Assembly (NCBI RefSeq): GCF_001465295.1
Contig: NZ_CP011035.1
Location: 1-32,000 of the forward strand
DNA: 32,000 bases
Reading direction: 5' to 3'
Source: Pseudoalteromonas translucida KMM 520
Lineage (GTDB): Bacteria; Pseudomonadota; Gammaproteobacteria; Enterobacterales; Alteromonadaceae
Numbering within the stretch: the stretch's first letter is position 1; each line of letters opens with the position of its first letter. Made by a program: the position numbers and the translations under genes. Positions 6,965 through 17,050 of this stretch are shown here, one piece after another. A model generated the notes under the pieces. That model was not told the origin of the DNA and did no database searches. It worked only from the letters and a program-made list of their open reading frames with translations.

Positions 6965-8431
6965 ATGTTTTCTCAGTTATTAACTCATATTGATTGGCTA
7001 AGTGTCGGCGTAGGCGTTACCGCAGGTGGCGTACTTTGTAGCCTAGTATCTGCATCGCTTAGTAAAAAATTAAAACAACAACTTAGTGAGCAACAACAGC
7101 AGTTGTCGTTATTGCAAAGTCAGTTTGATAACAAAACCCTGCAGTACACCCAATTAGCGGATGATCACGAACTTTTAGAGCATAGCCATCAAGAGCAACG
7201 CGACCAAGCACAGCACTTTAAAACCCGCTTTACCGAGCAAGAAAAACAAAGCCAGCAATATAATCAGTTTTGGCAAAAAGCTGAAGCTGAGCTAAGTGCA
7301 CTGCGCAAACAGTATAGCCAACGCGATGTAGAGCTAAATAATATACGCACTACGCTTGAGCAAAAACAACAACACTTTAGCGAGCAACTTGCGCAAATAG
7401 AGCAAAGCAAAGAGATGCTTAAAAAAGAGTTCGAAAACTTAGCAAATCAAATTTTAGAAGAAAAATCACAAAAGTTTAAAGTGCTCAATCAAGAAAGCAT
7501 TGAGCAACTATTAAAACCAGTGCAAGGCGAGCTAAAAGGTTTTCGCGACAAAATGGAGTCAATCCATGTTGAAGACTTAAAGCAACGCGCCGCGCTTAAA
7601 ACCGAGTTATTGCATTTACAAGCAAAAAGCCAAGCCATAACCGAGCAAGCCGACAGGCTCAGTAACGCCCTACAAGGACAAAAGAAAACCCAAGGTAATT
7701 GGGGCGAGTTAATGCTAGAAAACGTGCTAGACAGCGCAGGCTTACGCGCAGGCGTAGACTACAAACGCGAGGTGTCGTTTAACACCGAAGATGGCCGCTT
7801 ACGCCCCGATGTAGTTGTGTATTTACCCCAAGGTCGCCATTTAGTTATTGACGCTAAAACTTCGTTAAACGCCTACACACGCTATGTTAACGCCGATAAC
7901 GAGCTAGCAGCACAGCAAGCTATTAAAGAGCACGTTGAGGCTGTTAAGGCGCGTATAAACGAGCTTGCGAGTAAATCGTACGACCGTCTACCTGGGCTTA
8001 ACTCGCCCGAAGTAGTGGTGATGTTTGTACCAATAGAATCAGCCTTTGTTGAAGCGCTTAAATACCAAAGTGATATTTACCAGCAAGCAATCGAAAAAAA
8101 TATTTTAGTGGCAACCCCCACTACCTTGCTCACTAGTTTAAATATAGTTAAACAGCTATGGCGCTTTGAAGAACAAACTAAATACTCAAAAGAACTGGCA
8201 GCCCGAGCCGAGCGTTTTTATAACAAGCTCAACGGCTTTTTAACCAGCATGGAAGGGGTTGGCAAACAGCTCGATCGTGCTAAAGAAAGCTACGACAAAG
8301 CGTTTTCGCAGCTTTACCGAGGTAAAGGTAACTTAATTAAACAGGCAAGCGAGTTTAAAGAGCTGGGTGTATCGGTACAAAAAGAATTACCAGCAGAGAG
8401 CGTTGAACGTGCAAATTTAGAATTAGATTAA
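6965..8431 (+). CDS. rmuC: DNA recombination protein RmuC
   Basis: 488 aa. N-terminal TM helix and a long Q/E-rich coiled coil. C-terminal block GNWGELMLENVLDSAGLRAGVDYKREVSF...RPDVVVYLPQGRHLVIDAKTSLNAY is collinear with E. coli RmuC as I recall it. Confidence 0.9.
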   Translation: MFSQLLTHIDWLSVGVGVTAGGVLCSLVSASLSKKLKQQLSEQQQQLSLLQSQFDNKTLQYTQLADDHELLEHSHQEQRDQAQHFKTRFTEQEKQSQQYNQFWQKAEAELSALRKQYSQRDVELNNIRTTLEQKQQHFSEQLAQIEQSKEMLKKEFENLANQILEEKSQKFKVLNQESIEQLLKPVQGELKGFRDKMESIHVEDLKQRAALKTELLHLQAKSQAITEQADRLSNALQGQKKTQGNWGELMLENVLDSAGLRAGVDYKREVSFNTEDGRLRPDVVVYLPQGRHLVIDAKTSLNAYTRYVNADNELAAQQAIKEHVEAVKARINELASKSYDRLPGLNSPEVVVMFVPIESAFVEALKYQSDIYQQAIEKNILVATPTTLLTSLNIVKQLWRFEEQTKYSKELAARAERFYNKLNGFLTSMEGVGKQLDRAKESYDKAFSQLYRGKGNLIKQASEFKELGVSVQKELPAESVERANLELD

Positions 8432-8630
8432 CTGCGTAGCTAAAGGATTAGGTATTTAAAAACTGTCACCTTCATTGCACATCTAATGACTACTTTAATT
8501 AACATGGCGTATTAATTCCCTTTTTCAGCTCAATCCCTTAATAACGCGATAAACGCTCAGATCCTATTTGGCTTATTTGCTAAAGTAGCGGGGTCAGTAT
8601 TTATTTAATAAACACCCCCTAGGAAACGCG

Positions 8631-10964
8631 ATGAAAATAATTAAAACCTCAGCACTGTTAGTTGCCATTATGGCGGGTATAACCATACAAGGGTGTTCTA
8701 TGACATCAAATACATCACCATTAACAACCGGTAATGCAGTTACAGCTATTAGTAACCCGCTTACTCTTGAGCAAATATATAAAGATAAATACTTTAAAGC
8801 ACAGCGTAGTACTTACTTTAAATGGTTAGATGATGGCACTGGCTACACAGTACTTGAGCAACGTGAAGCCGATAAAAAAGTAGCCGTTAAAACTGATGAC
8901 GAAAAAGAGCACGGAGTAAAAGGCAACGACATTGTGTTTTACAACGCCGATGGCACAGGGCGAAAAGTGCTGGTTGCTTTTGAAAAGTTACTGCCAGAGG
9001 GCGCAGATGAAGCGTTTGCAATTGAAAGTTATCAATTTTCAAAAGATGGCCAGTGGCTTATGGTATTTACCAACAGTGAGCAAGTATGGCGTTCGCGCAG
9101 CCGAGGAGATTTTTGGTTACTTAACTTAAATACGAATAAACTCTCGCAGTTAGGCGGCGAAAACCCTGAGCCTAAAAAGCTTATGTTTGCTAAGTTCTCT
9201 CCCGACAGCTCAAAAGTAGCGTATGTACGCGATAATAATATTTATATGCAAGCAGTTGGCAGCAATGCCGTTAGCGCATTAACAACCGATGGCAGCGCTA
9301 CCCTAGTTAATGGTAATTTTGATTGGGTATACGAAGAAGAATTTTCTATTCGTGATGGCTTTAGTTGGAGCCCAGATAATAAATCAATCGCGTATTGGCA
9401 GCTCGATACTAGCGGCGTTAAATACTTTACCATGATCAACAACACCAAAGCGCTCTACCCTAGCCTTACTGAATTTCCATACCCTAAAGCAGGCGAAACT
9501 AACTCAGCAGTACGCGTAGGCGTAGTGAGCCTGAGTGACAAGCAAATCCGTTGGGCTAAGCTTGAGGGCGATAACCGCGATCGTTACATACCACGCATTA
9601 GCTGGGCAGGCGATGGTGAGTCGTTACTGATCCAAGATTTAAACCGCCCACAAAATCATAATAATTTATGGTTATTTAATTGGCAAAAGCAGCAGCTAAC
9701 TAAAATACTGACAGAAAAAGACGATGCGTTTATTGAATGGTTTTATAGTGCTAATTGGTCAAAAAGCGGTGAGTTTTTTATTTGGCACAGCGAGCGCGAC
9801 GGCTGGCGTCATTTATATCGTATATCGCGCGATGGCAAAACAATTATTGACCTAACCCCAGGTGATTACGACATTGTTGATATGCTTGCAATCAACGAAG
9901 ATAAAAACGTATTGTACTTTAGTGCATCGCCAGATGATGCAGCGCAGCGCTATTTGTATCGCACAGCAATAGATGGCAGCAGTAAACCAGTACGAGTAAC
10001 ACCAGAGCAGTTTAACGGCTCCAACAGTTATTACGTGTCAAAGGATGCTTCTTGGGCCATGCACACCTATTCTAAATTTGGTCAGCCGGCAGTTAAGCAA
10101 ATTATTAAGGTGAGCGATCACAGTAATGTAAAAACCTTGGTCGAAAACAGCGAGCTGAAACAAAAATTAGCAGAGCAAAGTTTACCAAACCACGAATTTT
10201 TTAAAGTAGCCGCGCGTGATGGCACCGAGCTTGACGGTTATATTATGTTTCCTGCGGATATGGATCCAAATAAAAAGTACCCAATCGTATTTTACGTTTA
10301 TGGCGAACCATGGGGATCAACCGTACAAGATCGCTTTGAAGGCAATAGCTATTTATACAAATCGTTATTAACTCAAAAAGGCTTTATTGTTGCATCGGTT
10401 GATAATCGTGGTACACGCGCGCCAAAAGGCCGTGATTGGCGCAAATCTATTTATAAAAAAATAGGCTCAATTACAGTGCAAGACCAAGTTGATGCTTTAG
10501 ATGCGATGGCTAAACGCTGGGATGTAATAGACTCAGAGCGGGTTGGCGTATGGGGACACTCTGGCGGCGGTAGCTCTACACTTAATTTATTATTTCGTCA
10601 CGGCGACAAATTTAAAGTAGGTATTGCTTCAGCACCTGTGCCCGATATACGTTTATACGACACCATTTATCAAGAGCGTTATTCGGGTAACCCAAACACC
10701 GATCCACAAAGCTATGATAATACCTCGCCAATTAGTTTTGCTAAAAACCTCAGCGGTAAATTATTACTGATCCACGGTACTGGCGACGATAACGTGCACT
10801 ATCAGGGATCTGAGCGTTTAATTGACGAGCTTGTTAAGCACAATAAACAATTTGAGTTTTTTGCTTATCCTAATCGCTCACATAGCTTAAAAGAAGGCAA
10901 AGGAACGGCTTTGCATTACCACACTATGATGGCCGAATTTTTTGAGAAAAATTTACTAAAATAA
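8631..10964 (+). CDS. Dipeptidyl-peptidase IV-type S9 serine peptidase (lipoprotein)
   Basis: 777 aa. Lipobox IQGC after the signal peptide. DPP-IV N-terminal beta-propeller style (DWVYEEEF). Catalytic serine motif GVWGHSGGG. C-terminal HGTGDDNVH and the NRSHS region fit the Asp/His of the triad. Confidence 0.9.
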   Translation: MKIIKTSALLVAIMAGITIQGCSMTSNTSPLTTGNAVTAISNPLTLEQIYKDKYFKAQRSTYFKWLDDGTGYTVLEQREADKKVAVKTDDEKEHGVKGNDIVFYNADGTGRKVLVAFEKLLPEGADEAFAIESYQFSKDGQWLMVFTNSEQVWRSRSRGDFWLLNLNTNKLSQLGGENPEPKKLMFAKFSPDSSKVAYVRDNNIYMQAVGSNAVSALTTDGSATLVNGNFDWVYEEEFSIRDGFSWSPDNKSIAYWQLDTSGVKYFTMINNTKALYPSLTEFPYPKAGETNSAVRVGVVSLSDKQIRWAKLEGDNRDRYIPRISWAGDGESLLIQDLNRPQNHNNLWLFNWQKQQLTKILTEKDDAFIEWFYSANWSKSGEFFIWHSERDGWRHLYRISRDGKTIIDLTPGDYDIVDMLAINEDKNVLYFSASPDDAAQRYLYRTAIDGSSKPVRVTPEQFNGSNSYYVSKDASWAMHTYSKFGQPAVKQIIKVSDHSNVKTLVENSELKQKLAEQSLPNHEFFKVAARDGTELDGYIMFPADMDPNKKYPIVFYVYGEPWGSTVQDRFEGNSYLYKSLLTQKGFIVASVDNRGTRAPKGRDWRKSIYKKIGSITVQDQVDALDAMAKRWDVIDSERVGVWGHSGGGSSTLNLLFRHGDKFKVGIASAPVPDIRLYDTIYQERYSGNPNTDPQSYDNTSPISFAKNLSGKLLLIHGTGDDNVHYQGSERLIDELVKHNKQFEFFAYPNRSHSLKEGKGTALHYHTMMAEFFEKNLLK

Positions 10965-10990
10965 TTTTGATTTATTATTAAAAACAAAAA

Positions 10991-11018
10991 AGCCACAATT
11001 TTTAATTGTGGCTTTTTT
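10991..11018. terminator. Bidirectional intrinsic terminator between the peptidase gene and copG
   Basis: AGCCACAATT (10991-11000), TTT loop, AATTGTGGCT (11004-11013). A-run before and T-run after the hairpin. Confidence 0.75.
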
Positions 11019-11047
11019 GTGCAAGTTGTAATGGGGGTTTACAGTTT
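10995..11047 (+). repeat. Left copy of the ~50-nt direct repeat flanking the copper island
   Basis: ACAATTTTTAATTGTGGCTTTTTTGTGCAAGTTGTAATGGGGGTTTACAGTTT. Aligns with 18475-18526. The 44-nt core from AATTGTGG has 4 mismatches. Confidence 0.8.
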
Positions 11048-11088
11048 TTTATAGGTGCTAAATAGTTTCACAAACTATGCCACAACAG

Positions 11089-11616
11089 TTAAAATTGCTC
11101 GTCGTATTGACTAATGTGCTTGTACACACCTGTGGTGGTGTTTGTGGTAATAAATTCAATGTTGTATTTATGAAATGCATCACCCATTTCCATACCTGGT
11201 GTGCCTAGTGGCATTGCGGGTACGGTTAAACCGATAATATGCGCTGGGTGTTTTTCCGATAAAAATTGTTTAATAAATTTAGCCGGTACGTGGCCTTCAA
11301 ACACAAAACCGTTGGCCGACACAGCTGTATGACATGAGCGCTGGTTAGGCTTTATTTGATATTGCGATTTTATTAACCCCATATCGTCTGCATCAATGGC
11401 TTTTGTATTAATGTCGCTTTGATTTATATGCTCAATCCAGCCTTTGCAACAGCCACAGTTTTTATCTTTATAAACAGTAAGCTTTAACTCCTGCTTTTTG
11501 ATGCTATCGGCTGAGCTAGTTGCTTTATGTACTTGCGGTGATTGCTCAGAGCACGCGGCCATAAGAGGCAGTGCTAGTGCTAAAAGCACGCTTGAGGTGA
11601 TTTTAATTATACGCAT
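11089..11616 (-). CDS. copG: CopG-type DUF411 metal-binding protein (lipoprotein)
   Basis: 175 aa. Lipobox LMAAC. Hallmark CGCCKGW cysteine cluster of DUF411/CopG. Last gene of the cop operon. Confidence 0.8.
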   Translation of the reverse strand: MRIIKITSSVLLALALPLMAACSEQSPQVHKATSSADSIKKQELKLTVYKDKNCGCCKGWIEHINQSDINTKAIDADDMGLIKSQYQIKPNQRSCHTAVSANGFVFEGHVPAKFIKQFLSEKHPAHIIGLTVPAMPLGTPGMEMGDAFHKYNIEFITTNTTTGVYKHISQYDEQF

Positions 11617-11626
11617 AATTAACGCC

Positions 11627-12115
11627 TTAATTTGACCAATGAATATGAGTTATTTTCCAGCCTGAATCGGTGTTTTTTAAGGTGATTGACTCCATACCTG
11701 TGGCGCTTATTTCTTTACCTTTATAGTTGCCATGGCTTTTACTTCTTGATACCGAGTAAGCCATATCACCATTAATAAACACTTGGTGCTCTAACAGGTC
11801 GCTGTTAATTGCACTTAGGTATTTCATGTCAGCTAACATGTGGTGGTTAGCGTATTCATCGGCTGAGCGCTCAACGCCGCCTCCTTCAAAAATAATCACA
11901 TCATCGGCTAGTAATTGTCGAGCAGTTACTTTATCGCCTTGCTTAAGCGCAGTATGAAACGAGCTAACAACTTTTGCTGCAGCACTGCTTACATTAACAA
12001 ATAAAGCTGATTTTTTTGCGTGCTCTTCATCACCATGCGCGTTTACAGTAAAAGAGCTTGTTGCAGTAAGTAACAGCGCTGAGATCAATCCAAATTTAGG
12101 GTGTTTTATTAACAT
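11627..12115 (-). CDS. Secreted NTF2/SnoaL-like (DUF4440-like) protein within the cop operon
   Basis: The track ORF starts at 12172 and overlaps copD. The internal ATG at 12115 gives MLIKHPKFGLISALLLTATSSFTVNAHG, a clean signal peptide, and removes the overlap. The C-terminal GWKITHIHWS ending is typical of small NTF2-like folds. Family call is tentative. Confidence 0.5.
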   Translation of the reverse strand: MLIKHPKFGLISALLLTATSSFTVNAHGDEEHAKKSALFVNVSSAAAKVVSSFHTALKQGDKVTARQLLADDVIIFEGGGVERSADEYANHHMLADMKYLSAINSDLLEHQVFINGDMAYSVSRSKSHGNYKGKEISATGMESITLKNTDSGWKITHIHWSN

Positions 12116-12137
12116 GTTTTTCTCTTTATAAGATAAA

Positions 12138-13040
12138 TTATACGGGCGGCCCAACGAGCGTGGTAAATACACTGGTGGTTAGCAATACACACACGGCAAT
12201 AACCATTTCAACAGAAATAGAACGCTTTAAAGTAACAACATGATGTTGCTGTGTAATTTGCGGAACTAAACGTAGTTTATGCCAAGCACCCAGTAGTAAC
12301 ATAGCACTCACTAACAACAGTTTTAACATTATTAGCTGGCCATAATTTGAAGTAAATAATACAGAAAATGAATTTAAGTATTGCCATAATAAGGTTATAC
12401 CAGATATGAGCAGTACCGCTATGATAATAATTGCTAGCTGTCCAAAGCGTTCCATTAAATGCTTTATCGTATTTAACGATAGCAGTTGGCAACTTTTATA
12501 AAGAGGCCATAGTGAGCCAATCCAACTAGCAATGGCAATTAAATGCAGTGTTAATATACTTTTAATTAATAGGCCTTTTTCGGCGCTGTGGCCGGTTAAG
12601 GTAAAGCTATAGGTAAGGATAACAAGTGCTAATAGTGTAATAACAAAATTAGCCACGTTAGCTGAGTTTGAATGGGTGCGCCAAGTGCACACCGCAAACA
12701 AGGCAATTATAAATGCAGGCACTCTAATACTTACCTGCTCACCAATTACTGATTGCCAAATTATATCCAGCATGAAGGGGTCTATCATGCCAGCAAAACC
12801 AGATTCAGCCATGGCCCCCGCTTCAATTGGTATTTGTAATATTGCACCAATAAAGCCCACCATAACAAGGGTGATTTGCCAGCGCTTTAAATACCGATTA
12901 AAACAGCTTAATTGTTTATCTGGCGTTGTACTCTCATTATTAAGTAAGCGTATTAGCAAGCAGCCCGCAAGGGCTGCAATAGCTAAATAGCTTACTATTT
13001 TTAATAATAGTAACAGCACTGACCAATCACTTAATTGCAT
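12138..13040 (-). CDS. copD: Copper resistance inner-membrane protein CopD
   Basis: 300-aa polytopic membrane protein (about 8 hydrophobic segments) immediately downstream of copC in a copABCD arrangement. Confidence 0.8.
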   Translation of the reverse strand: MQLSDWSVLLLLLKIVSYLAIAALAGCLLIRLLNNESTTPDKQLSCFNRYLKRWQITLVMVGFIGAILQIPIEAGAMAESGFAGMIDPFMLDIIWQSVIGEQVSIRVPAFIIALFAVCTWRTHSNSANVANFVITLLALVILTYSFTLTGHSAEKGLLIKSILTLHLIAIASWIGSLWPLYKSCQLLSLNTIKHLMERFGQLAIIIIAVLLISGITLLWQYLNSFSVLFTSNYGQLIMLKLLLVSAMLLLGAWHKLRLVPQITQQHHVVTLKRSISVEMVIAVCVLLTTSVFTTLVGPPV

Positions 13041-13051
13041 TATATGACTAC

Positions 13052-13456
13052 CTAATGATTATGTTGTTTATGCGGAGCAGACATATTTTTCATTTTAGAA
13101 TGTGCGTCGCTGCTGTGCAGCATAAAGTCAAAATTGCCTGACATTTTATGGCCATCGCCACCAAGCGCTATCCATTTAACTGTGTAATTACCTTGTTCAA
13201 GCTTGGGCAACGGCCAGCTAAAGTTGCTATTAGCTTTTGCACTGGGTTTAAAGTTAAAATCTACTTGCTTGTTTGCAGCATCACTTAAGAGTACTTTGGC
13301 AAGTTGTACTTCGCCGCTAAACGTTAATGTAAGTTGCTCTGGACTTTGCATTAGCATCGCACTATTTTGTGGTGTTGATTGCTTTAGCGAAATATGAGCT
13401 GATGCCGAAAAGCTTAAAGCTAAGCCTAAAATTGCCGCAATAGTTATAAATTTCAT
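13052..13456 (-). CDS. copC: Periplasmic copper-binding protein CopC
   Basis: 134 aa. The signal peptide ends ..SASA and the mature N-terminus is HISLKQSTP (His1 Cu(II) site typical of CopC). His/Met-rich C-terminal tail. Confidence 0.85.
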   Translation of the reverse strand: MKFITIAAILGLALSFSASAHISLKQSTPQNSAMLMQSPEQLTLTFSGEVQLAKVLLSDAANKQVDFNFKPSAKANSNFSWPLPKLEQGNYTVKWIALGGDGHKMSGNFDFMLHSSDAHSKMKNMSAPHKQHNH

Positions 13457-13478
13457 AATTACCTCTTATTTTTAAATA

Positions 13479-14354
13479 TTAAAACCAAAATTTTATACCG
13501 GCAACAAACTCAGTATCGTTGCTGCTCTGCTCGTTTAGCTTGGCGTAATCTGCTGTGCTACCAAATTTATTAGTCCACTCTACACCTACATAAGGTGCAA
13601 ATTGGCGAGTAAATTCATAACGAACCCTAACGCCAATAGCAGTACTAGATAGTCCACTGCCTAGCTCATTTTGTTCATCGTCTTTACCATAAAATGTTAT
13701 TTCAGCACGAGGCTGTATAATGAGCCTTTGTGTTAAAAGCAGCTCATATTCAGCTTCTGCTGTAAATGCTGTATTGCCGCTCTCACCTACATACGCTGTC
13801 ATATCAAGCTCAAACCAATAAGGTGCTAAGCCTTGAATACCAAACGCTAACCATTGACGGTTTTTGCCCTCTTTATAATAATCGTAGCGAATACCGACTT
13901 GCGTATCCCAATAAGCCGAAATTGCATGGCCCCATAAAATATCAGTTTGATTTTCTTCAAGCTTGCCATCACTAACATCGCCCTCGGTTTTTATCACTAA
14001 TCGATTAAATGTGGTGCCGTACCACGCTTGTAAATCGAAAACAGCAGCATCGGCTTGTTCGTTATACTCAAGGCGATCACCTAAAATAGCGTAAAACTTA
14101 TGCTCATCTGCAAGGGTTAAGCGCTCGCCATCAGCTAAAGCATATGGCCCTTGCGTTAAGGTTGTGCCATTAGCATAAGCGTGTGGATCGCGAGCATTTT
14201 TAGGGGCATCGCCGCCTTGCTGCTGCATTTTATCGCCCGCCATATCGCCAGACATGTCGCCCATTTCAGTTTGAGCAAACACATGCAGGCTCAATAACGG
14301 TGCACTAATTAATAGTGCACTAGTAAGTACTGTTGATAAGGTTAAATTTCTCAT
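13479..14354 (-). CDS. copB: Outer-membrane copper resistance protein CopB
   Basis: 291 aa. Signal peptide, Met/Asp-rich N-terminus (MGDMSGDMAGDKM), beta-barrel-like C-terminus ending in F. Its ATG overlaps the copA stop (ATGA at 14351-14354). Confidence 0.85.
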   Translation of the reverse strand: MRNLTLSTVLTSALLISAPLLSLHVFAQTEMGDMSGDMAGDKMQQQGGDAPKNARDPHAYANGTTLTQGPYALADGERLTLADEHKFYAILGDRLEYNEQADAAVFDLQAWYGTTFNRLVIKTEGDVSDGKLEENQTDILWGHAISAYWDTQVGIRYDYYKEGKNRQWLAFGIQGLAPYWFELDMTAYVGESGNTAFTAEAEYELLLTQRLIIQPRAEITFYGKDDEQNELGSGLSSTAIGVRVRYEFTRQFAPYVGVEWTNKFGSTADYAKLNEQSSNDTEFVAGIKFWF

Positions 14355-16189
14355 GATACAACCACCTCTCTAAACATACCTGCATCCATATGAAATAGTA
14401 AATGACAATGCCAAGCCCAACGACCAACATCATGTGGCGTAGTTAAAAAGCTAATTCTTTGGGCGGGCTGTACCATTATGGTATGGCGGCGAACTAACAC
14501 ATCACCTTGATCGTTCTCCAAGTCGCTCCACATACCATGTAAATGCATAGGGTGTGTCATCATGGTATCGTTTTGTAAAATAACTCGTACCCGCTGATTA
14601 TGCTTCATATGCACAGGAGTACTTTTACCAAACTCTAAGCCATCAAAAGACCAGCTGTAGCGTTCCATATTACCGGTTAAATGTAGCTCTATTTCGGCTT
14701 CGGGTGCTTGGTGGTCAACTATGCCATCAAGAGAGCGTAAATCTGCGAGTGTTAAAACACGACGGCCGTTATTACGCAGCCCAATACCAGGATCGTCTAA
14801 GTTTGTGCGTGGCGTATCAACGCGCATATCAACTGAGGCGCCATATTCTGTTTTAGCGTGGCGAACTTTCTGACTTGGAACAGCCAGTGGGTTTCCACCC
14901 ATATTATGCTGACTATGGTCCATAGCCATTGCACCATGGTCCATTGTGCTGTGATCCATTGCCCCCTTATCCATACTGGTTTTGTCCATGCTAGCGTGGC
15001 CCATAGCGCTGTGATCCATTCCAGGCATAGCAGAGTGATCCATATTGCCCATCATATCCCTCATTGCTAACCACTCAACGGGGTCAAGTGCAGGCACTGG
15101 CGCATCAATATTAGCAGCGACAGACAAAGTCCCTTTGGCATAACCTGAGCGGTCCATGCTTTGTGCAAAAATTGTGTATGCGTCATTCTTAGGTTCAACA
15201 ACCACATCGTAGGTTTCACCTGGACCAAAGCGAAACTCATCTACGGTGACAGGTTCAACATTTTGTCCATCTGCTTGTACCACAGTTAATTTTAACTCTG
15301 GGATACGTACATCAAAAAAGGTGTTACTTGAGCCATTAATAAATCTTAAACGTACTTTTTCGCCCGCTTTAAACAGCCCACGCCAATTAGCCATTGGTGC
15401 AGTACCATTCATTAAATAGGTCATTGCCGAAGCCGATAAATCAGCTAAATCGGTTGGACTCATTCGCATCTGGTTCCACATTTCACGTCGTTGAAGTGCA
15501 TTAGCAACGCCGCTTGTTGCTATGTCATCAAAAAACTCAGGTACAGTGGGCTGATTAAAGTTAAACACATCCCCCTGAATTTTTAATTTACGGAATAACT
15601 CCATAGGATCATCATCAGTCCAATCAGAGAGTTGAATAATATGTTCATTATCTGCGCTGATAACATCTTGCTCACGAGGCTCAATAATTAACGCCCCATA
15701 CATACCGGTCATTTCTTGAAAACCACTGTGTGAGTGATACCAATAAGTACCGCTTTGTTGTAACTTAAATTTATAAACAAACGTTTCGCCAGGCATAATG
15801 CCTTTAAAGCTAATGCCCGGTACACCATCCATTTGATACGGTAAAATAATACCATGCCAGTGAATAGAGCTAGGTACCGCTAAATTGTTGGTAACGCGAA
15901 TGGTCACGTCGTCACCTTCTTTAAGGCGTAATGTTGGCGCGGGAATAGAGCCATTAATGGTGGTAGCCATACGCACCACACCGGTAAAATTTACCGGGGA
16001 CTCATCAATAACCAAGTCAATAACTTTACCGCTCAACTCCGGCACTGTACCTGTTAATGTTGATGCCGCTAAAGATGATGCTGCATGTAATACAGTTGGA
16101 AAAGCTGCCAGCACACCGCCTGCAATTAATCCTTGAACAAAACGCCTACGTGGCTTTGAAATGTGCTGTAATGACTCTTTAAAACCCAT
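14351..16189 (-). CDS. copA: Multicopper oxidase CopA (Tat-exported)
   Basis: Twin-arginine motif SKPRRRFVQG. Copper ligand motifs HWHG, HSHSG, HPMHLHG, HCHLLFHMDAGM. Met/His-rich insert at aa 386-442. I prefer ATG 16189 (AGGTG Shine-Dalgarno upstream) over the track start 16219. Confidence 0.9.
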   Translation of the reverse strand: MGFKESLQHISKPRRRFVQGLIAGGVLAAFPTVLHAASSLAASTLTGTVPELSGKVIDLVIDESPVNFTGVVRMATTINGSIPAPTLRLKEGDDVTIRVTNNLAVPSSIHWHGIILPYQMDGVPGISFKGIMPGETFVYKFKLQQSGTYWYHSHSGFQEMTGMYGALIIEPREQDVISADNEHIIQLSDWTDDDPMELFRKLKIQGDVFNFNQPTVPEFFDDIATSGVANALQRREMWNQMRMSPTDLADLSASAMTYLMNGTAPMANWRGLFKAGEKVRLRFINGSSNTFFDVRIPELKLTVVQADGQNVEPVTVDEFRFGPGETYDVVVEPKNDAYTIFAQSMDRSGYAKGTLSVAANIDAPVPALDPVEWLAMRDMMGNMDHSAMPGMDHSAMGHASMDKTSMDKGAMDHSTMDHGAMAMDHSQHNMGGNPLAVPSQKVRHAKTEYGASVDMRVDTPRTNLDDPGIGLRNNGRRVLTLADLRSLDGIVDHQAPEAEIELHLTGNMERYSWSFDGLEFGKSTPVHMKHNQRVRVILQNDTMMTHPMHLHGMWSDLENDQGDVLVRRHTIMVQPAQRISFLTTPHDVGRWAWHCHLLFHMDAGMFREVVVS

Positions 16190-16247
16190 TTTATTACACC
16201 TGAATAGCAAAATATGCATTGAGTATAATATTTAAACCTGACATCGA

Positions 16248-16287
16248 CATGACGCGAACATTACAAAGTTGTAATCTTAATGTCATG
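16248..16287. promoter_or_regulatory. Candidate CopR/CusR operator (cop box) in the copA-copR divergent region
   Basis: Nested palindrome CATGAC(16248-16253)..ATTACAA-AG-TTGTAAT(16260-16275)..GTCATG(16282-16287). The core has the same half-site architecture as the E. coli CusR box ATGACAA-NN-TTGTCAT. Confidence 0.5.
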
Positions 16288-16363
16288 TTGCTGTTGTAGC
16301 GCATATGGCATAGTGCTGTTTAAGTGATAACTAAAATCAGAATAAAAGTAACAAAGGAATTAT

Positions 16364-17050
16364 ATGCGCTTACTAATCGTTGAAGACGAGATTAAAACCG
16401 GTGATTACTTAAAACAGGGCTTAACCGAAGCCGGCTTTCAGGTTTGTTTGGCGCGCAATGGCCTTGACGGTCACCATTTAGCAATGACTGAATTATTTGA
16501 TGTGATTATATTAGATATAATGTTGCCCGATGTATCTGGCTGGCGAATTTTAGAGTCGGTACGAGAAGCCAAAAATGACACGCCAGTATTATTTTTATCG
16601 GCTCGCGATAGTGTTGATGACAGAGTAAAAGGGCTTGAACTTGGCGCAGATGATTACTTAATAAAACCGTTTGCTTTCTCAGAAGTACTTGCTCGAGTGC
16701 GTACGCTAATTCGCCGCGGTGGCGTGCAAAAAGTGGCCGACATACTCACGATTGCAGACTTAGAAATGGATATACCAAAGCGTAAAATACAACGTGCAGG
16801 TAAGCGTATTTTACTCAGTAATAAAGAATTTAGCTTATTAGAGCTGTTACTGCGCCGAGAAGGCGAAGTGTTATCTCGCTCACTTATCGCGTCGCAAGTA
16901 TGGGATATGAACTTTGAAAGTGATACCAATGTAATCGATGTTGCAATTAGACGCCTGCGGGGCAAGGTTGACGATGACTATAGCATTAAACTTATTCATA
17001 CAGTGCGCGGTATGGGCTATAAATTAGAGGTCGAAAATGCCCAAAACTAA
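16364..17050 (+). CDS. copR: OmpR-family copper response regulator
   Basis: 228 aa. Receiver domain ([14 protein letters not shown] phospho-acceptor Asp context, KPF) plus a winged-helix C-terminus (TVRGMGYKL). Divergent from copA and followed by the sensor kinase. Confidence 0.9.
   Translation: MRLLIVEDEIKTGDYLKQGLTEAGFQVCLARNGLDGHHLAMTELFDVIILDIMLPDVSGWRILESVREAKNDTPVLFLSARDSVDDRVKGLELGADDYLIKPFAFSEVLARVRTLIRRGGVQKVADILTIADLEMDIPKRKIQRAGKRILLSNKEFSLLELLLRREGEVLSRSLIASQVWDMNFESDTNVIDVAIRRLRGKVDDDYSIKLIHTVRGMGYKLEVENAQN

Noticed and set aside
5515-9448. Track ORFs 5515-5703, 8932-9129 and 9242-9448. The same reasoning applies to 16654-16965, 19767-19964, 25506-25739, 29237-29452 and 30811-31059
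   Set aside because: Short ORFs nested in or antisense to confidently identified genes.
14894-15064. Repetitive MDHSAM / MDKxxM coding repeats in copA
   Set aside because: This is the well-known methionine/histidine-rich Cu(I)-binding insert of CopA/PcoA-type multicopper oxidases. It is not a novel repeat.
12277-16136. Track ORFs 12277-12492, 12676-12990, 13203-13397, 13766-13975, 14858-15070 and 15885-16136
   Set aside because: All are embedded in, or antisense to, well-supported cop genes. The 14858-15070 ORF is simply the antisense reading of the copA Met/His repeat.
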